Assembly: GCA_041640035.1 (NCBI GenBank)
Contig: JBEQBC010000013.1
Location: 1 to 18,297, forward strand
Length of the DNA stretch: 18,297 bases
DNA from: Candidatus Nanohaloarchaea archaeon
GTDB lineage: Archaea; Nanohalarchaeota; Nanosalinia; Nanosalinales; Nanosalinaceae
Direction of reading: 5' to 3'
The position numbers and the translations under genes are program-made. Positions 1-7,574 of this stretch are shown piece after piece; the stretch's first letter is position 1; each line of letters opens with the position of its first letter. The notes under the pieces are model-generated. The model was given only the letters and a program-made list of their open reading frames with translations, had not been told where the DNA came from and did no database searches.

Positions 1-1097
1 GTACCTACTCCTTCAGCATTCAGAACAAGTTCAGCGTCCTGAACCGAAGCCGTCTGAGGAATACCGAAGTTCTCAACATCGAAAACACCGGAGACATCAT
101 CACCGAAGAAGCTTCCGAACTGGGCGTTCACATACTTCAATGGATATCGCTCGGTAACAGTTTCCTCAGAACCAAGAGAAGGCTCCTCATTGTAATCAAT
201 ACGCAGCCTGCTTCCGGGATTCAGTATGCTTCCCGTCACGATGAAGCTATCTGTAGAAACGGTGATAGAGTTATTCTGCCCGGATTCAAGCTCCTCAAGC
301 ACCTGATAACGACGGTACTCATTATCTCCAGAAGAACTAAGAGAAGTGGAGTCCGTTACTTCCTGACCATTAACCTCTACGGTTACTTCTCCGCCACCGA
401 AGATACCATCAGAGGTGCGGAAGTTCAGATCAAGTTCTGCGTCCTGCATATCCCAGTCACTCGGCACCTCAACATACTGAGTGGTGTCAAAAGATGCAAA
501 ACTGAAGCCTACATCCTCCGGTATACTTCCTGAAGGCGAGATAGGCGTTATATCCGTTCTCTGTGCCTCAGCGTTTGTCACTCTTGCACGGGCGCGGTAT
601 CCTTCGTTCGATGCGTTCAGCCTGTGTCCAGATACAAGGCTCGATGCTGTTGTGACGAAGCCTGTGTTTTCCGGTCTATCTGTATCTCTTGGAAGTGTAT
701 AGGTGTCTTCACCTTCCCGAATCTGTATCTGGTAAGGACCATCTGTCCTTGGTTCGAAGTATCTTTCCGTGGCTTCTTCTGCATATGTGAAGTTGCCTGA
801 TGCCCAGAGATATGTTATACCATTGAGTACTGTTTTGTCCAGGTCAGAATTCTCCATTACAGAGTTTGCTACCAGTTCGTTCTGGAAGCTTTCATTGTAT
901 ACCTGGAAGGTCTGAGTAGATGCCAGACTCATCGTGTCCCGTGACTCCGTTTTCAGGTTCTCTGCCTGGCTGCCCTGCTGTGTCATACTGCTGTAGTTAG
1001 TGTCCATCATCCCCAGCATCATTACCAGTGTGGCGGACATAACTGTCAGCGCCAGTATCGCGTCGAACGAGAAGTAGAATCCTTTTCTTATCTCCAT
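1..1097 (-). CDS. Large pilin-like surface protein with class III-type signal peptide (5' part only, runs off the window edge; absent from the ORF track)
   Basis: Manual translation from ATG at 1097: MEIRKG/FYFSFDAILALTVMSATLVMMLGMMDTNYSS...QDAELVLNAEGVG, open to position 1. Basic RKG followed by a hydrophobic helix. Overlaps the 3' end of the upstream gene by 10 nt. Several N-X-S/T sequons (NYS, NES, NFT, NAS, NNS). Confidence 0.9.
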   Translation of the reverse strand, partial: MEIRKGFYFSFDAILALTVMSATLVMMLGMMDTNYSSMTQQGSQAENLKTESRDTMSLASTQTFQVYNESFQNELVANSVMENSDLDKTVLNGITYLWASGNFTYAEEATERYFEPRTDGPYQIQIREGEDTYTLPRDTDRPENTGFVTTASSLVSGHRLNASNEGYRARARVTNAEAQRTDITPISPSGSIPEDVGFSFASFDTTQYVEVPSDWDMQDAELDLNFRTSDGIFGGGEVTVEVNGQEVTDSTSLSSSGDNEYRRYQVLEELESGQNNSITVSTDSFIVTGSILNPGSRLRIDYNEEPSLGSEETVTERYPLKYVNAQFGSFFGDDVSGVFDVENFGIPQTASVQDAELVLNAEGVG

Positions 1098-3922
1098 ACT
1101 ACATACTCCAGCTCCACGGGTTGAATGTTCCCTGACCGATTTACGGCCACCTGCCTATCAACAACTATAACGGTTTCAGCTTCCGGTATAGGATCAATAC
1201 CCTGATTGAACGGATTCTCAGATTCCGCTACCACTTCTTCATCTGATTTAACTGATTCTGATACATTATCAAATCCAATCTGGTTCGGACCGTCTTCAGA
1301 CTCGAGTCCTGCCAGGTAGTATACTTTTCCATCACCGAAGTCCTTTCTACAAGCCATACATGCGGCGGGATCTCCTGTCGAGTTAGCGAACACTTTATCC
1401 ACATTTTGGAAGCCTGTCTGTACATTTGAGAACGGAACCTCGTCGCCGACCGAGTACTGCTCTGAGTTGAGCAATGGTTCGACCTGCTGTATCTCAGCAG
1501 TGTCGCTTCCGGGATCCTGAGTGTTCATACCAAATGTGTCCGAAAGGATCGATATATCGTTTCTCGTGTGAAGATAGGTCATGCCAGATTCTACAGCAGA
1601 TCTCAGGATGGCATCATTCTCTATGTTTCCTGGCTGTACATCAACATTCTCTGCGATTACGGTGTTGTAGTTGAGGCTGAGTGAGAAGTCGAAGTAGCCT
1701 AGACGGCTGTTCTGATTGGTTATAAGAGCATCATAGCCGTCATCATCGTTCAGCTGTGTCAGTGAGCCGGCTCTTCTGATTCTTGTGGTTTCCTCAGTCA
1801 CTGAATCGGTATTAGGATTGTAGTACTCTATCTGCTGGTCTGCGTTCTGGTAAACTATTTCCAGCTCCGGATTACCTGTCAGGTCTGCTGCTCCACCGGC
1901 GTAGCTTGCTTGTTGACCTGTATCCGTGTTTTCATCATCTACAGAGTCATAGTATTGTACTGTGTCATCCGCTATATAGATTATCTCCTGGTTTCCTTCC
2001 CTGTCGATATCCTCTGTGCCTCCGAGCGTATCTATCTGGCCTAGAGAGGTGAATTCTGTGACCTGATCGTCCTGGTAATCGTAGTATCCTAGGAAGTCAT
2101 TATCCGTCATGTAAGGAGTTTCAGGGAACCCATCATTATCCAGATCTGAAGGAACACCAATCTCCTTTCCTCTTACATTTGATCCATCTTCTTGAGCGAC
2201 TATAGATGTACCCTGCTCGAAGTCGTAATAATCGAGGTTACGGTTATCGTTGTCAATGTATGCTATCTCCTCTGCACCATCGCCGTCAAGATCAGCTGCT
2301 CCGCCGACATACTGTGCTGTTTCTCTTGAAAGAACTGTGTTCCGATCTTCACGGCTGTAGAAATTCAGGTATCCGCTTCCATCTAGGTAAGCGAACGACT
2401 GGCCGTAACCCGGTATATCTACCTGCCAGCAACCATCATCTGCTCTGATATCCTCTGAACTACCGGTTCTAAGGTATCTTCTAAGCTCTGTCTGTGGATC
2501 CCAGGCTGCGAGATCCTGGTTTCGCTCAGCATCTAGATACAGGACTGACTCCTGGCCATATACCTGTGTGAAGTCTGTTACTCCTTCTGCCTGTACATCG
2601 GATGATTGGAAACTACTTTCAGTGTAGTTCCAGACACCGAAATGATTGTTATTATTTGATAGAGCTGCTACCATTTCATCGCTTATCCATCCGACATCCT
2701 GGACCTGGAAGCTTGTCTCCTCTACAGAATCTGAATTAATATCGTAGAAAGCCAGGTTGCCATCTCCATTCTGGAACGCTACCTCGGTATTACCGTCGCT
2801 ATCTATGTCTCCGGCGCCACCTACCCTTTCCGCGGAGAAAGAGGTCTCAGTCTCTCCACTACCGGAGCTGAAGTATGCAAGTCTATCGTTCCCGTTGGTG
2901 AAGAACACCGTGTTTTCTCCACCCACTGATGCTGTATCCCCGACATCCTGTGCTCCTACCGTGGTTTCCGTGACTTGGTCTTCTTGAACGCTGTAGAATG
3001 CTATCTGGTCGTTATCATCGATATAGATAAGCTCCTGCCCTTCAGTTCCCGTGAAGTCTGCTACCGCTCCCATCCTGGCGAAACTTGTCACGGTACCGAG
3101 TTCTGTAGTAGTCTCTGTCTCCAGATCGTAGATATTCAGTATATCGTCGCCGTCCTTGTAGAACATTTCTCTGTTTCCGTCGCCATCCGGATCTGCTATC
3201 TCGGATGTTACAGCAGCTTCCACTCTTGAACCTATGCTGAACTTGTTGTATCCTTTGTCAGCTGCGTCCGCGATTATTCTCTCCATCATTGGAGGTCCGT
3301 CTCCACCGTTGGTGTAGACTTCTTCAGCTGTCAACTGGTCAAGCTGGTCGCTATCTTCCTCTGACGGGAAGTAGAAGTACCATTCACGGTTTGACTCGTT
3401 CAGATTGTCGAGCATCTCTAGGTTGGAAAGGGATGTACCTGATTGTACGATGTATGCGACTGGCTCCGAACCTATAGCGTTCGCTTCGAATCCCTCCTCC
3501 CCTTCTCCGCCGCCATCTCCACCGTCTTCTCCATTGATGGTTTCGTTCAGTATTTCTCCAGTTCTGGAGTCCCGGAATTCGAGCGTGAAGTTCTGTGTCT
3601 TGGTAAGTGTCTTCCTTCTCTCGTAACTCATGTTTCCGAAGGCTTTGATTTTCTCAGCTGATAGTACATTATCATTTTCTGCGAACCCTGGTATCCTGGC
3701 TTCTACGCCTGGTTCCTCCCAGTTGCTGGGGTATCCTTCTGTGGTTACCATGAAGTCGGCAGTTCTTTCGGCTTGTTTCCGTAGCATGTCTTCTCTGTCG
3801 AAGCTGGTCTGGCTGTCGACGCCGAGGCTCCACATCGTCATGAACAGGGTTAGTATGGCTCCGAAGATGGCTACTGAAGCCATGAAGTCGGTCATGAATG
3901 CCTGTGCCTTCTTATTGTTCAT
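1088..3922 (-). CDS. Pilin-like (class III signal peptide) adhesin candidate with FG-GAP/VCBS-like beta-propeller repeats, 944 aa
   Basis: N-terminus MNNKKA/QAFMTDFMASVAIFGAILTLFMTMW. Repeated DxDxDG-type motifs (DPDGDGNRE, DIDSDGNTE, DLDGDGAEE, DLDNDGFPE). Overlaps both neighbouring genes. Confidence 0.85.
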   Translation of the reverse strand: MNNKKAQAFMTDFMASVAIFGAILTLFMTMWSLGVDSQTSFDREDMLRKQAERTADFMVTTEGYPSNWEEPGVEARIPGFAENDNVLSAEKIKAFGNMSYERRKTLTKTQNFTLEFRDSRTGEILNETINGEDGGDGGGEGEEGFEANAIGSEPVAYIVQSGTSLSNLEMLDNLNESNREWYFYFPSEEDSDQLDQLTAEEVYTNGGDGPPMMERIIADAADKGYNKFSIGSRVEAAVTSEIADPDGDGNREMFYKDGDDILNIYDLETETTTELGTVTSFARMGAVADFTGTEGQELIYIDDNDQIAFYSVQEDQVTETTVGAQDVGDTASVGGENTVFFTNGNDRLAYFSSGSGETETSFSAERVGGAGDIDSDGNTEVAFQNGDGNLAFYDINSDSVEETSFQVQDVGWISDEMVAALSNNNNHFGVWNYTESSFQSSDVQAEGVTDFTQVYGQESVLYLDAERNQDLAAWDPQTELRRYLRTGSSEDIRADDGCWQVDIPGYGQSFAYLDGSGYLNFYSREDRNTVLSRETAQYVGGAADLDGDGAEEIAYIDNDNRNLDYYDFEQGTSIVAQEDGSNVRGKEIGVPSDLDNDGFPETPYMTDNDFLGYYDYQDDQVTEFTSLGQIDTLGGTEDIDREGNQEIIYIADDTVQYYDSVDDENTDTGQQASYAGGAADLTGNPELEIVYQNADQQIEYYNPNTDSVTEETTRIRRAGSLTQLNDDDGYDALITNQNSRLGYFDFSLSLNYNTVIAENVDVQPGNIENDAILRSAVESGMTYLHTRNDISILSDTFGMNTQDPGSDTAEIQQVEPLLNSEQYSVGDEVPFSNVQTGFQNVDKVFANSTGDPAACMACRKDFGDGKVYYLAGLESEDGPNQIGFDNVSESVKSDEEVVAESENPFNQGIDPIPEAETVIVVDRQVAVNRSGNIQPVELEYVVWR
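1681..3205 (-). repeat. About 12 degenerate ~40-48-aa protein repeats (propeller blades) inside the 944-aa gene
   Basis: Consensus by eye: G-(G/A)-x-D-(L/I)-D-x-D-G-x-x-E-(I/V)-x-Y-x-D/N-x(3)-L-x-(F/Y)-Y-D-x(5)-(V/T)-x-E-T. Counted manually. Confidence 0.75.
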
Positions 3923-4319
3923 TTACATACACCCCTGTCTCGTTGTGAAGCACCTTGAAATTATTCGTTTCGTTTGTAGTGAATTCGATTTCTCTGCCTC
4001 GGTAAAGTGTGGGCATCACATAGTTGCTATTCTCCCAGTCCACTACCAGTGTGGAGTTGATGACTTTGACCCTGTAGGGTTCTCCTGCTATCCTGTTGGG
4101 TAAAGTGAATGCTCTGGAGTATCCTTCTCCCTGGGCGAGCGCCATTTCGACCTGGAATGCTGCGTTCTGTCCTGTCATCCTTGAATCCATGTTGTTGCTT
4201 CTGAAGGATGCCTGGTTCTGTTTCATGGTGATGGCTGACATCAGGATGACGAGCATGAGCAGTGAGAAGCTTATGAATGCCATGAACTCGATGCTTGACT
4301 GTCCTTTCCGTTTGTTCAT
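3912..4319 (-). CDS. Type IV pilin-like protein, class III signal peptide (QxSxE / DUF361-type), 135 aa
   Basis: MNKRKG/QSSIEFMAFISFSLLMLVILMSAI: basic leader, G at -1, Q+1, S+3, E+5, then a hydrophobic helix. Confidence 0.88.
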   Translation of the reverse strand: MNKRKGQSSIEFMAFISFSLLMLVILMSAITMKQNQASFRSNNMDSRMTGQNAAFQVEMALAQGEGYSRAFTLPNRIAGEPYRVKVINSTLVVDWENSNYVMPTLYRGREIEFTTNETNNFKVLHNETGVYVNEQ

Positions 4320-4326
4320 GGTTATT

Positions 4327-4761
4327 TTAGTTCGCCTCTGTTATGTTCACCTGATCCTGCCAGGCTGTGACGCTTACCGGATGTCTTCCCTGGGTGTCAG
4401 GCAGCGAATCAGAATTTTCGACTACTTTGCTGTCAAATATCCTTGATACATTCGTGACCCCAGCCGGTGTCTGCACCGTGTAGACCACCGCTCTATCCTT
4501 TACTATGAATGATTTCTGTACTCTTCCAGGTATCCTCATAGAGAAACTTCTCTTAGCTGGCGGCCCTGATGCTTCAACTGTCGATACAGCTGCCTCCAGT
4601 TTGTCCATGGAGTTCTGTAGCTGTGCTGAGTCAGCTCCTGTCTGAAGCCTGACCACCGAGTTCTGGGCTGCTACAATGAAAGGTGCGGCTAGCAGCATCG
4701 CCAGTCCAAATACTGAGAGAAATTCGATCGATGACTGTGCTTTTCTGGTCGCTGAGGTCAC
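4327..4761 (-). CDS. Type IV pilin-like protein, class III signal peptide (QxSxE / DUF361-type), about 144 aa; GTG start at 4761 preferred over 4803
   Basis: (M)TSATRKA/QSSIEFLSVFGLAMLLAAPFIVAA. A TTTTAA box lies 23 nt upstream of the GTG on the minus strand. Confidence 0.85.
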   Translation of the reverse strand: MTSATRKAQSSIEFLSVFGLAMLLAAPFIVAAQNSVVRLQTGADSAQLQNSMDKLEAAVSTVEASGPPAKRSFSMRIPGRVQKSFIVKDRAVVYTVQTPAGVTNVSRIFDSKVVENSDSLPDTQGRHPVSVTAWQDQVNITEAN

Positions 4762-4874
4762 AGTATGTATATATTGTATGCGGGTTAAAATCAGCTTTCC
4801 CACTCAACTTGTTTTTACACCCTTCAATCATAACGCGTTTTTTATATGGCGCCTTGAACAAACGGTTAAACATT
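4762..4874. promoter_or_regulatory. Divergent promoter region for the pilin-like operon (-) and ppsA (+)
   Basis: Minus-strand TTTTAA at 4785-4790. Plus-strand TTTTTATA at about 4839-4846, about 28 nt before the ppsA ATG. Confidence 0.65.
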
Positions 4875-7421
4875 ATGAAAAATGTTCTCTGGTTCGAAAA
4901 CATAAATTCAGATGATACCTCTAAAGTCGGCGGAAAAAGCGCCAACCTCGGAGAGCTACGGAACGAAACAGATGTACCCGTACTACCAGGATTCGCGACC
5001 ACAGCCGACGCATACGACAGATTCATCAAGGAAACCAACTTAAAAGATAAAATAGAAAGACTGCTAGACGGATTAGATACAGATGATGTAACAGACCTCC
5101 AGAAAAGAGGAGAAAAAATCCGGGCACACATCAAGGAAGCAGACATGCCTAAAAGCCTGCGAGAAGACTTCATCCGAAGCTACGAAGAACTTGAGGAAAG
5201 ACTGGGAGTCGACAACCCTGAAGTAGCAGTGCGTTCTTCAGCTACAGCAGAAGACCTTCCAGGAGCATCATTCGCAGGACAGCAGGAAACATACCTGAAT
5301 GTATCAGGCAAACAGGACCTTATCAAAAGAATCAAAGACTGTTACGCCTCACTGTTCACTAATAGAGCTATTTCTTACCGTGAGGACAAAGGATTCAACC
5401 ACTTCGATGTCAAGCTTTCCGCAGTAGTCCAGAAGATGGGGCGGTCCGATATCGGAGCAGCAGGAGTTATGTTCACACTTGACCCTGACTCCGGATTCGA
5501 CAATGTAGTAACCATCAACGGAAGCTACGGACTAGGAGAATATGTAGTACTAGGAGAAGTCAACCCTGACGAGTTCACAGTATTCAAGGAGAACCTTGGA
5601 ATCATCGAGAAGAAACAGGGAGACAAAGAAATCAAACTAGTCAGAGACGACGATGACGAAGACAACGACAACATCGAGAAGAAGACGCCTGAGAGCGAAC
5701 GGAACAGCTACTGTATAACCGACAACCAAGTCAAGGAACTGGCTAAGTACGCGATGAAGATCGAAGAGCACTACGGCAAGCCCATGGATATTGAATGGGT
5801 GCTCGACGGCCAGACCAACGAACTGTACATCGTACAGGCACGACCTGAAACAGTACAGGCAGAGAAAGACGAAAATGTAATAGAAGACTACAAACTCAGA
5901 GAAGAAAGCGAGGTCAAACTGGAAGGAGCTGCGATCGGATCCAAGATCGGAAACGGGAAAGCACATGTGCTTGACAGTCCGAAACAGATCGATCAGTTCG
6001 AGGAAGGACAGGTACTCGTAACCGACATGACCGACCCTGACTGGGAACCTATCATGAAGAAAGCAGGAGCGATCATCACCAACAAAGGAGGAAGAACCAG
6101 CCACGCAGCGATCGTTTCAAGAGAACTCGGCGTACCAGCCGTAATCGGAACAGAGACCGCGACTTCTGATATCACGGACGGAGAAGAGGTCACCGTAGAC
6201 TGTTCATCCAGTAAAGGAAAGATTTGGGAAGGTAAACTTGACTTCGATGTCGAAAGACATCACTTGGACGAGGTACCGGATACAGATACAGATGTACAGG
6301 TCAACATCGGAGAACCTTCAGAGGTATTCCATGTAGCACAGTTACCTGTAGACGGAGTAGGACTCGCAAGAGAAGAGTTCATCATCTCAAGCCATGTAGG
6401 AGAACACCCACTCCACCTGATGGAGGAAGGACGGGAAGACGAATATGTAGAAGCACTGCGCTCCGGAATCGGAAAGATCGGCGCAGCATTCTACCCGGAA
6501 CAGGTAGTAGTACGGCTCTCAGACTTCAAGTCAGATGAATACGCAGAGCTTGAAGGAGGAGAGAAATACGAACCGGACGAAGCCAACCCGATGCTCGGAT
6601 TCAGAGGAGCATCACGGTACTATAGCGAAGAAGCACAGAAAGCATTCGAACTTGAATGTCACGCACTCAGACGCTGCATCGACGAATTAGGACTCGACAA
6701 CCTGACAATCATGGTACCGTTCTGCCGAACAATTGAGGAAGCGAACAAAGTTCGGTCTAAGATGAAGGAGTATGGACTGGACAAAGGCGATGTAGAGCTC
6801 TATGTAATGGCAGAAATCCCATCCAACATCATCCGAGCAGAAGAGTTCGCAGAAGTATTCGACGGATTCAGCGTCGGTACAAACGACCTAACACAGCTAA
6901 CACTCGGAGTAGACCGTAACAGCGACCAGCTCAAACATGTATTCGACGAAAGAGACCCAGCAGTCAAAGAATCAGTCAGCAAGCTGATCGAAAGAGCGCA
7001 CAAACACGGAAACCATGTAGGGATATGTGGAGACGCACCATCTACACACGATGGATACGCAGAATTCCTTGTAAACGAAGGAATCGACGCAATCAGCGTA
7101 TCACCAGATGTAGCACTTGAAACAATCCTCAAGGTAGCGGACGCAGAAGAAGACCGAGATGTAGAAACCGAGGAGCCTGAAGAATCTGAAAGGTCAGGTA
7201 CAGAGGTCTCCGTGAATGTAGATCTGAAGGTCGGAGAAACAGCCGGAAGAATCTACGACAAACTGGATGAACACGGTAGAGCGACCGCAGACAAGCTAAG
7301 CGAACTAACAGGAGAAGCAATCGATGAACGGCTTCTGGAGCAGGGACTTGGATGGCTTGCGAAGGAAGACAAGATCGAGATGAGGAAAGAAGGCGACAAG
7401 ACGATCTACGAGCTCAAATAA
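4875..7421 (+). CDS. ppsA: Phosphoenolpyruvate synthase (pyruvate, water dikinase) with C-terminal winged-helix extension, 848 aa; start at 4875 rather than 4683
   Basis: VGGKSANLGEL, VAVRSSATAEDLPGASFAGQQETYLN, DIEW..LYIVQARPETV, phospho-His motif GGRTSHAAIVSRELG, EANPMLGFRGASRY, FSVGTNDLTQLTLG, GICG. The 4683 start would overlap the divergent pilin gene and the promoter. Confidence 0.97.
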   Translation: MKNVLWFENINSDDTSKVGGKSANLGELRNETDVPVLPGFATTADAYDRFIKETNLKDKIERLLDGLDTDDVTDLQKRGEKIRAHIKEADMPKSLREDFIRSYEELEERLGVDNPEVAVRSSATAEDLPGASFAGQQETYLNVSGKQDLIKRIKDCYASLFTNRAISYREDKGFNHFDVKLSAVVQKMGRSDIGAAGVMFTLDPDSGFDNVVTINGSYGLGEYVVLGEVNPDEFTVFKENLGIIEKKQGDKEIKLVRDDDDEDNDNIEKKTPESERNSYCITDNQVKELAKYAMKIEEHYGKPMDIEWVLDGQTNELYIVQARPETVQAEKDENVIEDYKLREESEVKLEGAAIGSKIGNGKAHVLDSPKQIDQFEEGQVLVTDMTDPDWEPIMKKAGAIITNKGGRTSHAAIVSRELGVPAVIGTETATSDITDGEEVTVDCSSSKGKIWEGKLDFDVERHHLDEVPDTDTDVQVNIGEPSEVFHVAQLPVDGVGLAREEFIISSHVGEHPLHLMEEGREDEYVEALRSGIGKIGAAFYPEQVVVRLSDFKSDEYAELEGGEKYEPDEANPMLGFRGASRYYSEEAQKAFELECHALRRCIDELGLDNLTIMVPFCRTIEEANKVRSKMKEYGLDKGDVELYVMAEIPSNIIRAEEFAEVFDGFSVGTNDLTQLTLGVDRNSDQLKHVFDERDPAVKESVSKLIERAHKHGNHVGICGDAPSTHDGYAEFLVNEGIDAISVSPDVALETILKVADAEEDRDVETEEPEESERSGTEVSVNVDLKVGETAGRIYDKLDEHGRATADKLSELTGEAIDERLLEQGLGWLAKEDKIEMRKEGDKTIYELK

Positions 7422-7450
7422 CTCTTCCCACATTTTCTATCCTTTTCTTC
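7422..7450 (+). terminator. Pyrimidine/T-rich tract after ppsA, probable archaeal terminator
   Basis: CTCTTCCCACATTTTCTATCCTTTTCTTC immediately after the stop codon, followed by TATAAA (7451-7456), the probable tRNA promoter. Confidence 0.5.
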
Positions 7451-7486
7451 TATAAAACTGGTAGCCTATAATTCTAGTTAGTTCGT

Positions 7487-7569
7487 GCCGGGGTAGCCAA
7501 GTGGCCAAAGGCGACGGACTTAAGATCCGTTCCCGTAGGGGTTCACGGGTTCAAATCCTGTCCCCGGCA
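7487..7569 (+). tRNA. trnL: tRNA-Leu (anticodon TAA), no intron, CCA not encoded
   Basis: Acceptor stem GCCGGGG/CCCCGGC plus discriminator A; D-arm GCC..GGC; anticodon arm ACGGA-CTTAAGA-TCCGT; long variable arm; T-arm ACGGG-TTCAAAT-CCTGT. Confidence 0.97.
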
Positions 7570-7574
7570 ATCAG

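Noticed and set aside
481-4446. Plus-strand ORFs (481, 1474, 2206, 2757, 2975, 3289, 3405, 3443, 3630, 4096) and the nested minus ORF at 1228
   Set aside because: Antisense or alternate-frame shadows of the pilin-like genes, with Ser-rich or otherwise non-halophilic composition.
4683-4874. 64-aa N-terminal extension of PpsA in the ORF track
   Set aside because: Overlaps the divergent pilin gene and both TATA boxes. Homology to PpsA begins at MKNVLWF (4875).
4875-7421. Intein or frameshift in ppsA
   Set aside because: Motif spacing is canonical and continuous. The only extra sequence is the C-terminal extension.
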